Below are positions 51,922 to 63,077 of a DNA stretch of 64,000 bases, one piece after another. Source of the DNA: a virus; the IMG/VR virus record IMGVR_UViG_3300013126_000010, positions 96,001 through 160,000 of that record. One strand, written 5' to 3'. Within the stretch, counting starts at the first letter, position 1; every line of letters begins with the position of its first letter. Below the pieces are notes generated by a model. That model saw only the letters and a program-made list of their open reading frames with translations. It was not told where the DNA came from and searched no databases. Position numbers and translations under genes: made by a program.

Positions 51922-52367
51922 AGCAATTTCAAATGTTTAGTAATTGGATCAATATTTTCTGGATAGTCTGGTCCTAATGCGAGACATGTTAACGTTGGAA
52001 CACCATTAAATTCAGTCAAACCAGCGTCCTTGATTAATTTTACATTTACACCATTTCTGATGGCTAGATCATATATACCCAATAATTCTTCTTCACTGTC
52101 AACACTAACGCATATTTTCGTGAATCTTCCCTGTAACCATTCTTTAACTGCTGGTTTTTCAACATTTATTTTAATTTCACCTTCAAACATTGCGCTAGAA
52201 AGATTTAATATTGCACCTAATGATGCGTGGCATGCTTGTGCTACCAGTTTACCAGTTCTAACTTTCTCACCTTTTGTATTTCTTAAATCTTTTCTAATTA
52301 CAATTACTTGTTTTGGTTCGTTATTAGCCATATTAAATAGATTGTTCAAATTTTGGTTGTGGAACAA
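51918..52367 (-). CDS. pth2: Peptidyl-tRNA hydrolase 2
   Basis: KQVIVIRKDL, GKLVAQACHAS, KICVSVDSEEEL, IKDAGLTEF, TCLALGP. Confidence 0.93.
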   Translation of the reverse strand: MFHNQNLNNLFNMANNEPKQVIVIRKDLRNTKGEKVRTGKLVAQACHASLGAILNLSSAMFEGEIKINVEKPAVKEWLQGRFTKICVSVDSEEELLGIYDLAIRNGVNVKLIKDAGLTEFNGVPTLTCLALGPDYPENIDPITKHLKLL

Positions 52368-52489
52368 ATAATGGTTTCACAGGTTCTATTATTTTTAGTT
52401 CTGGTTCATTTTGTTGTTTTTTATACTCATCATCATAATGATTTTTGATTGCTGCCATTATGATTATTAATATTGAGTATAATAATATT

Positions 52490-52993
52490 TTATTTAAAGT
52501 CTCTTTCATATTTATTAATAGAATTTTCTATTATCTCCGCAAAGAGAGTATTTAGTGTTATATCCCGTTTATGAGCCTCAATCATTAATGGATAGAGGAC
52601 ATCATCTGGCAAATCTAATGGCACAGTAACTCTCGGATCATATTTTAATCCTTTTGACACCAATGATACTTTTTCCAATATGTCTTCTACCATTTCGATA
52701 TTAATGATTTTAATTTCTTCAGATTCATTACATTTAGTTGCGATAGCTTCATCGGCATATTTAGTACTATATTCTGGATCTGTCCATCTATACATTACCG
52801 AGGTGGTACCATCATATAATTCAACATTATAAACTTGTAACGTATTTGTATCATAAATTGCTGATGCAGAAATGGTTAAGTCATCTGATGTATAATCAAC
52901 AAATCTAGCATTATTACCGAAACATTGCCATAAAAATTTACTACCTTCACAGATCTGATAGTTGATGGCTTTTAAGAATTCATCTAATTTCAT
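52490..52993 (-). CDS. Hypothetical phage protein
   Basis: ORF. Confidence 0.65.
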   Translation of the reverse strand: MKLDEFLKAINYQICEGSKFLWQCFGNNARFVDYTSDDLTISASAIYDTNTLQVYNVELYDGTTSVMYRWTDPEYSTKYADEAIATKCNESEEIKIINIEMVEDILEKVSLVSKGLKYDPRVTVPLDLPDDVLYPLMIEAHKRDITLNTLFAEIIENSINKYERDFK

Positions 52994-53334
52994 GCGATAC
53001 CACCATGAAGATCATACCAAAATGTTAATTCTGATTGTTCAGAGCATTTCTTCAACTCAGTGAACTTTTCAGGTGATACCGATACATTGACCGAATGTTT
53101 AGTTTGAAATGCTATATCAGTAGTAATGATATAAGTTGAGTCTTCTCGTTTTAGTATTTTACAATTAAGCATATAAACCACACTGGGTTAGAGTTAAGAT
53201 AGCTTAATTATATCATGTGTCTTCGAAAGTGTCAAGGAAATCACATTTAATACCAGTCCAATTGATAGGACTAACAATAACCCAGTAAATAATTGTACAA
53301 CTTTGATAATCATGTGATTTCCTCAGATATTATG

Positions 53335-53715
53335 TTAATCTAAAACTCGGTGCTGACGGTTGCGCATACAGTTTCTAAAGATTCTTTTATAGGTTTCATC
53401 AGCTTGGAATCCACCTTTTGCAGCTCCACCAATGCCTCCAATTGCGCCACCAGCCGCCGCACCCACAGCAGGGTTACCAAAGATAGCTCCCATAGCTGCA
53501 CCGGTTGCACCACCTATTAATGCGCCTGTACCACCTTGTATTAATGTGTCTTTACCAACACTAGCATTTTGTTTTGCAATTATTTCGCATTCTTGTGCAT
53601 CTTGTTGTAAAAATGGTGCGCGATTATCACCATAGGTGTCAATCACTGGACGGTATCCAGATGTTTGAGCACAGCCGGTTAATAGTATAAAAAATAATGT
53701 GTATCTGTATTTCAT
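53335..53715 (-). CDS. Glycine-zipper lipoprotein
   Basis: LTGC lipobox; GALIGGATGAAMGAIFG; CMRNRQHRV. Confidence 0.8.
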   Translation of the reverse strand: MKYRYTLFFILLTGCAQTSGYRPVIDTYGDNRAPFLQQDAQECEIIAKQNASVGKDTLIQGGTGALIGGATGAAMGAIFGNPAVGAAAGGAIGGIGGAAKGGFQADETYKRIFRNCMRNRQHRVLD

Positions 53716-53718
53716 GTT

Positions 53719-55476
53719 TTAAATTTCCTGTAAAATGTATGTAGATTTATTTACTCCACCATAGGTAATACGACCAGATGAATTTTGGTTAATGTACCAT
53801 GACCCCGCTGCACTTATTCCAACTCTCATAGAATAAGTGGTAGATGCAGTAGTAGATGGCGAGTCAACAAATTGCACTGATGTGCTTCTTGGTTGAACTG
53901 TTGAACTAAAATATATGGCATATGCTTGTATGCAAGTAGTTCCTCTGAATAATGCAACTGTTATTGTTCTAGATGATTGTCCAGAATCTAATGTAAACTG
54001 GGTTGATATTGATACTTTAGATGACGTAGTGCTAGGTGTTATATTGGCAGACCATATTTGAGACCCTTCTGTACTTAATGGAGTAGTTGTATCTGCTGGT
54101 ATTATAGTAGTTCCAGTCGATGATGCAAATGATCCTGTAATAATTTGATTAGAACTATCAGAACCACTTATAACCAATCCTTTATCATTGACAGTAACAC
54201 TATGATATGTCCCAGCAGTCACCCCACTATTTGCCAATGTTAATACAATAGATGTTGATCCTGTACCTGATGCATCACCAGATATAGTGATTGATTGATT
54301 ATTTAACAAATAATTATTAACATCTATTGATGCAACACCATTATTTAATTTGATAAATCCAGATGTGGTTGTTTGTAATGAACTTATGCTATTTAAATTA
54401 GAATTTATCGGTTGTGCATCTGTGATTCCATATCCACTAATTGTAGTAGGTTTTCCTGATATATTATTCCATGATGGTGATATACTTACTGGATTACCCA
54501 ACGCTGTTATTCTTCCTTTACTATCAACTGTAAATGGTGTAATAGTATCATAATTATTATACGTTCCAGCAGTAACACCAGTATTAGATAATGTTAAACT
54601 TATATTTGTAGTACCAGTACCAATAGCATCACCGGATATACTAATAGATTGGTTGGATGTTAAATAAGATGCTTGATCTAATGATGCAACCCCGTTATTT
54701 AATTTTATAGTTCCAACAGTATTGGTACTTAATCCACTAATTGATGTTAAAATTGAATTTATAGTTTGTGCATCAGTAATGCCATATCCAGATAATGTAG
54801 TTGGATTCGAACCAGAAATAACTCTACCATAAGAATCAACTGTTATTGCTTGGTACGTACCGGCTGTTATACCAGTTGATACTAAATTTATTGTTGGATT
54901 ACCAGATACACAGTCTCCATTTGTGACAACTATATTACCAGATGTTCCAGTAATAGTCCTTATAACCCAACTACCATTTGATACTCTAGCACTTATACCG
55001 GTAGATGATAATCCAGCAATGGCTGATAAATCAGAATCCAATGACTGTGCGTCTATTATACCATACCCTAATAATGTATTAGGTTTATTGGAAACATTGC
55101 TCCATGGTGTTGGTATGTTTGGAACTTCTGTATTTTTTACATAGCCTTTTTCAGATACCTTTTGTTCTACGTCATCTTCAGAAATGTATCTCTTAGATGA
55201 TAATTTACTGTCAACATCAGAATCTTTTACATATCCTTTTGTTGTTAATTTGGTATCGATTTCTGATTCTTTTACGTATCCTTTTGTTGTTAATTTAGTT
55301 TCAACATCAGTATCCGTTATGTATCCTTTTTCTAACAGTTTTTGTTCTAACGAGGTATGGTTTACAACATCTTTTTGGGTTAAAATAGCATCTATGTCAT
55401 TTTCGTTAATAACAGCGTGACCATTCTGCAGTAATCCAGGCACGGTAATATTTGAATAAAATTTAATATCTGGCAT
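53719..55476 (-). CDS. Tail fibre protein
   Basis: KLTTKGYV 15-aa repeats, GYGITDAQ repeats, TGVTAGTY..TVDSKGR repeats. Confidence 0.8.
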   Translation of the reverse strand: MPDIKFYSNITVPGLLQNGHAVINENDIDAILTQKDVVNHTSLEQKLLEKGYITDTDVETKLTTKGYVKESEIDTKLTTKGYVKDSDVDSKLSSKRYISEDDVEQKVSEKGYVKNTEVPNIPTPWSNVSNKPNTLLGYGIIDAQSLDSDLSAIAGLSSTGISARVSNGSWVIRTITGTSGNIVVTNGDCVSGNPTINLVSTGITAGTYQAITVDSYGRVISGSNPTTLSGYGITDAQTINSILTSISGLSTNTVGTIKLNNGVASLDQASYLTSNQSISISGDAIGTGTTNISLTLSNTGVTAGTYNNYDTITPFTVDSKGRITALGNPVSISPSWNNISGKPTTISGYGITDAQPINSNLNSISSLQTTTSGFIKLNNGVASIDVNNYLLNNQSITISGDASGTGSTSIVLTLANSGVTAGTYHSVTVNDKGLVISGSDSSNQIITGSFASSTGTTIIPADTTTPLSTEGSQIWSANITPSTTSSKVSISTQFTLDSGQSSRTITVALFRGTTCIQAYAIYFSSTVQPRSTSVQFVDSPSTTASTTYSMRVGISAAGSWYINQNSSGRITYGGVNKSTYILQEI

Positions 55477-55523
55477 AGTAGTTATAGTTCCATTATAACT
55501 AGTATTTATCTATTATTTAAAAA

Positions 55524-55553
55524 TAAAAAAGGGCAGTATTACCTGCCCTTTTA
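55524..55553. terminator. Intrinsic terminator hairpin
   Basis: aaaagggcag-tattac-ctgccctttt. Confidence 0.7.
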
Positions 55554-55575
55554 AATAACCTATTTAGTTACTTAA

Positions 55576-56397
55576 TTATTTATTTTTCAATCGTGCCATT
55601 CTTTCAGACAATGACTCAGTTGATGCTGGTGAAGTGTTACTGCTCGTGTATTTACCAATGATAGTATCAGTAGCATCAACCGGTTTTTTCAATGACTCAG
55701 CTTTCACTTTGTAATTAGCGGCTTCGATACATTGCTCTTCTGCTTTATTTTTCAAGGCATTGATTGCAACGTCAAATTTATTTCCATTTTTACGTAGCCC
55801 AGCTACAATTTCAGCTTGCTCTGCACGTTTACGGTTTCGTTCAGTTTCCAATTCAGCTTTTTCGATGTCACGTTTTGCGTCATCAACGGTTTTGCGTAGA
55901 TTCATCAAATCTGCTGAAATTTCATCAACCGCAATTTTAAGTTCATCCATCCAGGCTTTTGCTTCTTTAGCTTCTTCCTGTTCTTTTTCTAAGATGGGTG
56001 CACGTTTTTCAACTGCATCCAACAATTTACCAAGATCAACTGTTAGTTCTGATTCATTAACTGAAGCGATAATAGCCGCTGCAGCTTGATTGTTTGGATC
56101 AGTAGAAATATCAGCTTTAGCTTTTTCCAGGTTTTCCAACAATTGCTGGATTGTTTCAGCTTCTGTCATGAAACGATTGTATGTTTCTTGTTCAGCATCT
56201 GCTTCTGCTTGTTCTTTTTCATAATCACGAACTGCATCATTATACATTTTGATTCGTTCATTGTGTTCTGAAATTTTTTGTCGTATTGCTGTTTCTGCAA
56301 CACCTTCCTTATCAACTGTTGCGGCCAAGTCAATAAGACTTGATTCAATACTTTCTGATTTAACAATAAGAAAGTGTTTAAAAAAATTTAAAGACAT
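55576..56397 (-). CDS. PspA/IM30-like coiled-coil protein
   Basis: All-helical coiled coil; C-terminal SLSERMARLK. Confidence 0.55.
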   Translation of the reverse strand: MSLNFFKHFLIVKSESIESSLIDLAATVDKEGVAETAIRQKISEHNERIKMYNDAVRDYEKEQAEADAEQETYNRFMTEAETIQQLLENLEKAKADISTDPNNQAAAAIIASVNESELTVDLGKLLDAVEKRAPILEKEQEEAKEAKAWMDELKIAVDEISADLMNLRKTVDDAKRDIEKAELETERNRKRAEQAEIVAGLRKNGNKFDVAINALKNKAEEQCIEAANYKVKAESLKKPVDATDTIIGKYTSSNTSPASTESLSERMARLKNK

Positions 56398-56454
56398 TGT
56401 TTTTCCTCTTATAAAATAATAAATACATTGTAATTATATCATCTAGCACAAGAA

Positions 56455-57153
56455 ATGTCAAGACAATATTTAATATATAAATTTACCAGCCCATCTAATA
56501 AATCATATATAGGTAGAACATATGATTTACAGAAGCGAATCAGAGAACACTCTGGTAAATCATCAGGTTGCCCATTATTATGCAATGCTATCCAAAAATA
56601 CGGGATAGATAACTTTAAAATTGAAATCATCGAACAAGGCATGTCGTTAGATGAAGCCAATGCAAAAGAGGTTGAAATAATAAATGAGCATAATACATTA
56701 CACCCAAATGGGTATAATATTCAACTTGGTGGTACATTTCATAATCAAACAGAATTCATGAAATCAAAGATTTCACAAACTATGAAATCAAAACCATCTC
56801 ACCCATCAGGATATAAATTGAGTGAAGAAACAAAATTAAAAATGTCAGCATCGAAGAAAGGGAAGCCACCAAATAACAAGGGGAAGATATGCAAAAATAA
56901 AGGTGTACCTCTATCAGATGAACGAAAATTACACCAATCACAGTGTATGCGATCTAAAATGACAACGGAAAAAAGAAAAAATAATTCTTTTGCACAACTT
57001 GGTAAAACATTATCTAACGACCACAAGCAAAAAATTTCAAATTCAATGACTGGAATTATACGCCCAATAGTAATTTGCCCACATTGCGGTAAGAGTGGTT
57101 CGCACAATAATATGATAAGATACCATTTTAATAATTGTAAATTAATTCAATGA
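56455..57153 (+). CDS. GIY-YIG homing endonuclease with NUMOD3 repeats
   Basis: LIYKFTSPSNKSYIGRT, NGYNI, SEETKLKMS. Confidence 0.9.
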   Translation: MSRQYLIYKFTSPSNKSYIGRTYDLQKRIREHSGKSSGCPLLCNAIQKYGIDNFKIEIIEQGMSLDEANAKEVEIINEHNTLHPNGYNIQLGGTFHNQTEFMKSKISQTMKSKPSHPSGYKLSEETKLKMSASKKGKPPNNKGKICKNKGVPLSDERKLHQSQCMRSKMTTEKRKNNSFAQLGKTLSNDHKQKISNSMTGIIRPIVICPHCGKSGSHNNMIRYHFNNCKLIQ

Positions 57154-57404
57154 CATATTTATTTACCTTTGGTTAGTTTTGTGTTTAAAAATTGTGTTTA
57201 AGTCGTTATATATTTCAATAGAACATTTAGATGTTATCGAAAATGATGTTCCATCTTTAAAGAACCATATTGTTATATTGTTACTGGTATAATCATATCC
57301 AATAGAATACACTTCATAGTTTTTTATATCAAACCAAAAACCATGCGGTTGTGCTGATTTTTTAGGTTTAGAAAAAGGGAGGTCTATGCCTATCATATAC
57401 TTTA

Positions 57405-57929
57405 TTAGTTAATTAATGATAATTCTATTATAACACCTGCCCAACATTTTTGCAACATGTTTTTATCAACTTCTACAAAAAGATATTCAGATGTTGTAGT
57501 TGATAGTTCACGCTCATAAATCTTTAGTAGACTGCGTTTTTCATTTATTTCCATCAATTCAGTAACCGCATTATAAGAATTGTTCCCTAACTGGATTGAA
57601 TCATTTATCACATCTTCACGTTTACTAACATCAATCAATGTCATGAAATACAGTATTTTATTGGTATCATCATATAGGAACTTTGATTTATCATCCGTTA
57701 AAATGATATCTTCAAATGTGTCAATACCATTAAGTCTCCATTCAACGACATCATTAGTTGTGACCACCATAGAAGTTGGAAATTTTACAACCGATCCTTT
57801 AACTAGTATGTTCACAGTATCATCGAATGTTACAGGATTACCTACTTTAAATTTTGATGGTAAGAACTTACTAGACTTGGCGATATCTTTATTACCACCA
57901 AGTTTGTTTTTTAGATAACCAAATATCAT
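57405..57929 (-). CDS. YjfK/DUF2491- or DUF4178-like protein
   Basis: Beta-rich ORF adjacent to PspA-like gene (context plus recalled pattern). Confidence 0.35.
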   Translation of the reverse strand: MIFGYLKNKLGGNKDIAKSSKFLPSKFKVGNPVTFDDTVNILVKGSVVKFPTSMVVTTNDVVEWRLNGIDTFEDIILTDDKSKFLYDDTNKILYFMTLIDVSKREDVINDSIQLGNNSYNAVTELMEINEKRSLLKIYERELSTTTSEYLFVEVDKNMLQKCWAGVIIELSLIN

Positions 57930-59383
57930 TGTAGTTCCTTTTTCAAAAAGTTTTTATTCAGTTCAATAATATCATATAATACTATTGGGTTATTTTGAGA
58001 CCATGATGATGTAGTTACAAGAACTGGTGGCACTGACAATACTGGAGTACCTTTATTCCAAAATGCGGCCCATGATTTATACTTATCTTGAGTAAGATTT
58101 TTATACACATCATTCAATGCATTATCGTCGATGTATGAACGAACATAACCATTAACAACATCAGTATCAAATGCAACGAAATATGCGGATTTAGTTTCTG
58201 CCATTTGTCTCACGAACGGTGCATCAAATGTATCCACAGTGAACAAGCATGAGTTTTTGTTATCTTTTTCAGACACTATATTTGCAGCGGCAATCACTGG
58301 TTTGGTATCATCAACTTTAGTTTTACCGAAACCACCTACTTTTTTGATTACCAGTTCATCATATGTATAATGGCTACCTGATTGATCATTACCAATATAA
58401 ATGGTATGTTTATCTGATAGATCAGCAACTGTTTTAACGTCACTACCATCATTACAAATTAACATTGTTTGTTCTGGTTTGTCAAGACTGAATACCTTTA
58501 CCAGATCATTAGAAGCACTCATTGCATCTTCTTGAGTAAATGCCATATCACATTCACCTCTGGCAAGTTTAGTCAGATTATCTAAACTACCATTTGAATA
58601 CACATTCTTGATTTTTAGTTTAGTGGCAGTAGCTAATTGGGTAGCAAATCTACTGTAATCAGATGTTACCGTACCTGTACAAATTTTTATTTCACCGATG
58701 TCATCATATTTGATATTATCTGATAAGTAAATACCAGGATCAACACCTTCTGTAATATAGGTGCTATCTTGTTTGACACCAGATGCTTTTAATGATGCAA
58801 CTTCTTTATCAAGATCTTTTAACTTATTACAAACTTCTTGATTTCCTTGTGCACACAATTGATTAGCATCAGACCGCCATGATTGAAATGATGGTTCGTT
58901 CATGTGATGATAATACATATTATGATCACTAATTGACGATAGCATCGACCACATCATAACAGCATCCCATGCCCCATAATTGGAATGTTGTACAATAATC
59001 GGTTGCGCATATGATGGTGTTCTATAATTAGAATAGAATGTATTTCTACGTTCTGTTCGATATGATTTATTGAACATTGAATTGATATCACTTGCAACTA
59101 CACGTTTTGATGGTGATGTATTAGCTGCTTTAAATGATTCGAACAATTTGGTTGGTTTTGTCGATGGTGATGAACTTGAGCTACCAAATTTAAATGCTGT
59201 TGAAGTTTTGGCAATGGAGTTAGAAAATGGTTTACTGGTAGAACCTGTACTAAATGATTTAGAACTGGAACTAAAAGATCTAGAACCAAAACTAGAAGCC
59301 CTACCACCACTACTACCTTTAGCAAAAGAATCCAGTGACATCAGTACCAAAAGTACTGATAGTATTACAATAATTTTTTTCAT
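57926..59383 (-). CDS. Exported protein with Ser/Gly-rich N-terminus and TAXI-like solute-binding domain
   Basis: Signal peptide, GGRASSFGSRSFSSSS, SNGSLDNL..L..GECDMAFTQ, GNDQSGS. Confidence 0.6.
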   Translation of the reverse strand: MKKIIVILSVLLVLMSLDSFAKGSSGGRASSFGSRSFSSSSKSFSTGSTSKPFSNSIAKTSTAFKFGSSSSSPSTKPTKLFESFKAANTSPSKRVVASDINSMFNKSYRTERRNTFYSNYRTPSYAQPIIVQHSNYGAWDAVMMWSMLSSISDHNMYYHHMNEPSFQSWRSDANQLCAQGNQEVCNKLKDLDKEVASLKASGVKQDSTYITEGVDPGIYLSDNIKYDDIGEIKICTGTVTSDYSRFATQLATATKLKIKNVYSNGSLDNLTKLARGECDMAFTQEDAMSASNDLVKVFSLDKPEQTMLICNDGSDVKTVADLSDKHTIYIGNDQSGSHYTYDELVIKKVGGFGKTKVDDTKPVIAAANIVSEKDNKNSCLFTVDTFDAPFVRQMAETKSAYFVAFDTDVVNGYVRSYIDDNALNDVYKNLTQDKYKSWAAFWNKGTPVLSVPPVLVTTSSWSQNNPIVLYDIIELNKNFLKKELQ

Positions 59384-59694
59384 ATTACCTCTTATCGAAG
59401 TGTATTAATGTTGAGATGGTTGGTTTTTTGCGGTATAAGACTAAATTCTACCACTTCTATATCATCTTTACAAGCATCCATTGCATCTTTATTGAAATGC
59501 ATCACATATTTCATATATCTAGTCACTTGTAATGATGAGCCAAAAATCCTGCCTTCGGCATCAAATTGAAAATCACCATCACCTGAACAAAATAGTCCAG
59601 TTTTTGAATTCTTAATTTTAATAAACTTCATAAGTTATCCTAAGTTAATAAACATATCACTATTGTAACATGCGTTTAGCTTTTTTGCAACTCT

Positions 59695-61347
59695 TTATTC
59701 CATTTTTACTACATCGAACCAATTGAATGGGGGATTTGATGGGAAATGCATCAGGTTTTTTAACTTATCAACTGCAGTGACTTCATTGGTTCCTAATACT
59801 ACTGCTCCGGTAGGTGTTAATGATAGTTGCTGTTGGTATTCGGGTTTTGCTTTAATTAAGTATCTGTACTCTTTTTTTGATGCCAGTTCTTTTTTCTCGG
59901 CACGTCTTTGTTGATGTGCTCTGACGAATGATGATAACGCTGATCTAGGAAGGTCACCTGCAGAAAATCTAGCAAAATAGTTAATCACATCATCATCGCC
60001 ATATTTTGAGGTTGAAATCATTTTATACAACTTTTTAGCATATTCTTCTTTATAAACATTTGGGTCACATGCAATGGCATATGCCGTTACGAATCGATTA
60101 ATAGTGTTTACTAATCTGTCAATATCATATGATAACCAATCATTACCTGCATATCGGAATTCAAGATAATTATCATGTAAATTTAATCCATCATATTTCG
60201 CGGTGTATCCAGAATGAATAATTTTGGAAGCAGCATTTGATAGATGTTTTTTCATCAATGCAAACATGTTTAATGCTTTCTGTGGTTCAAGACGTATAGC
60301 TGATTGGAATTTTTTAACAACCATCTGACAATAATTATTACCGACCCGCCCAAACTGATCTAGAATATAATTCTCTCCAACAAATAATGCCAATTTTACA
60401 TAATCAAGATTTGATTGATCGATATCAGCAAGACTGACATTCATATGCAATCCACACGTGTGATTTGTATAACAACCATATTCACCAGCCCATTGTTTTA
60501 TTTTTTTCAAATCTTCTATCATTTGTTGAAGTGGCAATGGTGGACTAATGAATTCAATACCGCTGTCATTGGTGTCATCTGCGGAATCTAGTGATGAATC
60601 CGGTTCTATAATGTAATGAGTATTGTCACGTGATGCACCATGATAATTTTGATTATATTTTACAGGAGAATCAACAATCTGAGAAAAATCATCTGCCAGT
60701 GCTTCCAGATCACCCTCACCGGCATTATCATAATGCGGCCACGTTAAGTCATACCCCCTGGCAACATCTGACATTTCTCTATATCCTTTTTCTCTGAACC
60801 ATTCTGCTTGGTCAGTCCAAAAATTGGATTCAAAGTAATCAGTCTCAAAATCATCTCTATTTTCATCTGTATACTGCTCAAATGCATCAACTGTATAGAT
60901 GTTTGATTCGTCTGACTGTGCAGCTTTAATTTCATCTTCCAAATCTTCGTCATCACCAGTGAAGTTATCACGAACATATTGTTCTATATAATCAGATAAA
61001 TTTGATAACGTCAATTCTTCTGATTGGAATTTTTCATTGGCTTGTTCATATAACCATTCACGATAGTCATTTTCCATTTGTTCTTTTACAGAATCTAAAT
61101 CATCATTATAATTTTCACCATCATTATCATAGAATTCAATAACTTCATCGATTGATTCTGGGGTTGGATCATTATCATAATTTTCTGTATTATACTCACC
61201 ATTGTCCAATCCAATATTGGGTACATACATTTCAAACTCTATCCCAGTAATAGCATTCACTGATCCTGCCTTTTTTGCCAACGCTGCAGGTGACATTTTT
61301 AGTTCTAATAACTGGTCTTCTGTTAGTTTAAATTCTTTTAGTCTCAT
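59695..61347 (-). CDS. Putative amidoligase (COOH-NH2 ligase) protein
   Basis: GIEFE, PDSSL, GIEFISPP, TCGLHMNVS, LEFRYAG. Confidence 0.8.
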   Translation of the reverse strand: MRLKEFKLTEDQLLELKMSPAALAKKAGSVNAITGIEFEMYVPNIGLDNGEYNTENYDNDPTPESIDEVIEFYDNDGENYNDDLDSVKEQMENDYREWLYEQANEKFQSEELTLSNLSDYIEQYVRDNFTGDDEDLEDEIKAAQSDESNIYTVDAFEQYTDENRDDFETDYFESNFWTDQAEWFREKGYREMSDVARGYDLTWPHYDNAGEGDLEALADDFSQIVDSPVKYNQNYHGASRDNTHYIIEPDSSLDSADDTNDSGIEFISPPLPLQQMIEDLKKIKQWAGEYGCYTNHTCGLHMNVSLADIDQSNLDYVKLALFVGENYILDQFGRVGNNYCQMVVKKFQSAIRLEPQKALNMFALMKKHLSNAASKIIHSGYTAKYDGLNLHDNYLEFRYAGNDWLSYDIDRLVNTINRFVTAYAIACDPNVYKEEYAKKLYKMISTSKYGDDDVINYFARFSAGDLPRSALSSFVRAHQQRRAEKKELASKKEYRYLIKAKPEYQQQLSLTPTGAVVLGTNEVTAVDKLKNLMHFPSNPPFNWFDVVKME

Positions 61348-62646
61348 TTATAATCCTTTAGTTAGAACTGCAGTCCAACTTCCTTCTTCTGATTTTTTCA
61401 TACTGATACGCTTTTTAATAAAGTAAACCATATCTTCTTTATAATTATCATAATTTGTAAAATATCCTTTACTATTCATATTTTCATCAACACACCCGGC
61501 AATGGCGTATTCCAAGTTCCCCATCATTAACAATTCATCATTATCATTGCTCCATATTTCAGCGCAATCTAAAACTTCATTCAGTGACGGCGACAATACA
61601 TCTTCAAATTTATTTTTTAATTCCCTGGCATAATCGTTGTATGATAACCAATCATCATGATTTTTTTCAACAGCTTCCCAATCAATTTCACCATCATCAT
61701 CCTGGTATCCCTGGTCACGTAAATATTCATAATAACTATCATCATTCATTTCCATATCATTCAATATATCATACACATTTTTCATGGCTTGTTCTTTGAT
61801 GGAATTTACCGCATCCATAATTATTTTAGGCTCCGCGAATATAACAATACCATTGATCGATGGTTCTATATTTCTGAAAACAGTAACTAAATCACCAAAA
61901 CGATTTTTCAGGAAGTTCCTGATATCAGGAATCATTGTATCTTCTTCATCCATGAATTGCCCAGATTGAAAATGTAATTGATATTTTTCACCATCGTATT
62001 CGGGGTGTTTTGGTAATAGTATGTATAAATTACCTTGTCTAGAATACTGATCATATCTATTATAATTCTTTGCAGCAGTGCACCATCTTGTGCCACGACC
62101 ATAGTAACATGCCGCCGTTTTGTCTTCTGGTATTAAAATTTTAACAGCATCATTTTCATATACTATTTTTGCATTACCACGATCTTCTGGTTTTTGTGCT
62201 ATTTCTAACTTGTTAACCAATTCAGGTATATGCACTAAATCACCTAGATCAGAAAATGATAATCTATTGATATCTCTATATTCTAATGGTAATAATTTTC
62301 TATTTTTTAATTGATGGAATATCCCCAACCATTCAGAACCATTACTTTGAATTTCTTCTAACTTCGCTTTACCTGCTGCATATACTTTAGCCAACCATCG
62401 TGCGTATTCTTTGTGGTTAGTGGGATCAGATTCTTCTAGTGCCATTAAAACATGTTCAATAATTATATTTATTGTTTGTTGAGGAACATTTTGCATTCCA
62501 TAATAATGAATATCATGATATCCCTGTGTCAGATATGAATCACTGTGGTAACTATTGTCTTGTTTAAAAGATTGTACAATTTTTAGACCAAAACTTTGGG
62601 CGGTCTTTTGTCTTTTATATTCAATTAAAAATTCTCGTGCTCTCAT
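61348..62646 (-). CDS. Hypothetical phage protein with GRGTRWCTAA motif
   Basis: ORF; AACYYGRGTRWCTAA, KYQLHF..QFMDEED. Confidence 0.7.
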   Translation of the reverse strand: MRAREFLIEYKRQKTAQSFGLKIVQSFKQDNSYHSDSYLTQGYHDIHYYGMQNVPQQTINIIIEHVLMALEESDPTNHKEYARWLAKVYAAGKAKLEEIQSNGSEWLGIFHQLKNRKLLPLEYRDINRLSFSDLGDLVHIPELVNKLEIAQKPEDRGNAKIVYENDAVKILIPEDKTAACYYGRGTRWCTAAKNYNRYDQYSRQGNLYILLPKHPEYDGEKYQLHFQSGQFMDEEDTMIPDIRNFLKNRFGDLVTVFRNIEPSINGIVIFAEPKIIMDAVNSIKEQAMKNVYDILNDMEMNDDSYYEYLRDQGYQDDDGEIDWEAVEKNHDDWLSYNDYARELKNKFEDVLSPSLNEVLDCAEIWSNDNDELLMMGNLEYAIAGCVDENMNSKGYFTNYDNYKEDMVYFIKKRISMKKSEEGSWTAVLTKGL

Positions 62647-62658
62647 TTAACAAAATCT

Positions 62659-62681
62659 CATAAATACATTATATATTTATC
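62659..62681. promoter_or_regulatory. Divergent late-promoter-like boxes
   Basis: CATAAATA (+, 62659-66) and GATAAATA (-, 62674-81); compare T4 late TATAAATA; similar boxes at 12531, 19396, 28285, 42353. Confidence 0.6.
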
Positions 62682-62696
62682 ACTAGAGGTATTATT

Positions 62697-63077
62697 ATGA
62701 AACGAATTATAGCAACATCAGTTATTGTATTTTTAACTGGTTGCAGCAATATTAGATTTGATTCAATGAATTATGATAGAATACTAACATTACATGCAAC
62801 GGCAAAATCAATGTCAGTGCAGTGTGATCATCCTGACTTAATTAGACAGCAGTTACCAGAACTTCAACGAATGTCAAATCACGTGGCATTATACAGTAGA
62901 TTAAGATCTGGTGGACCTGAAGTAGCAAGTTCTACTGCAATAGTAGAGTCTATGGTTAACGAACTTGTTTCGAAATATGTAAATTCTGCGCCTAGTACTG
63001 GTTACTGTTCAGAAAAATTGAAATCAATTTCAGATGCTACCTATACAGTGGCAAGTGCATTAGGAGCGCAACAATGA
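62697..63077 (+). CDS. Lipoprotein
   Basis: LTGC lipobox. Confidence 0.7.
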   Translation: MKRIIATSVIVFLTGCSNIRFDSMNYDRILTLHATAKSMSVQCDHPDLIRQQLPELQRMSNHVALYSRLRSGGPEVASSTAIVESMVNELVSKYVNSAPSTGYCSEKLKSISDATYTVASALGAQQ

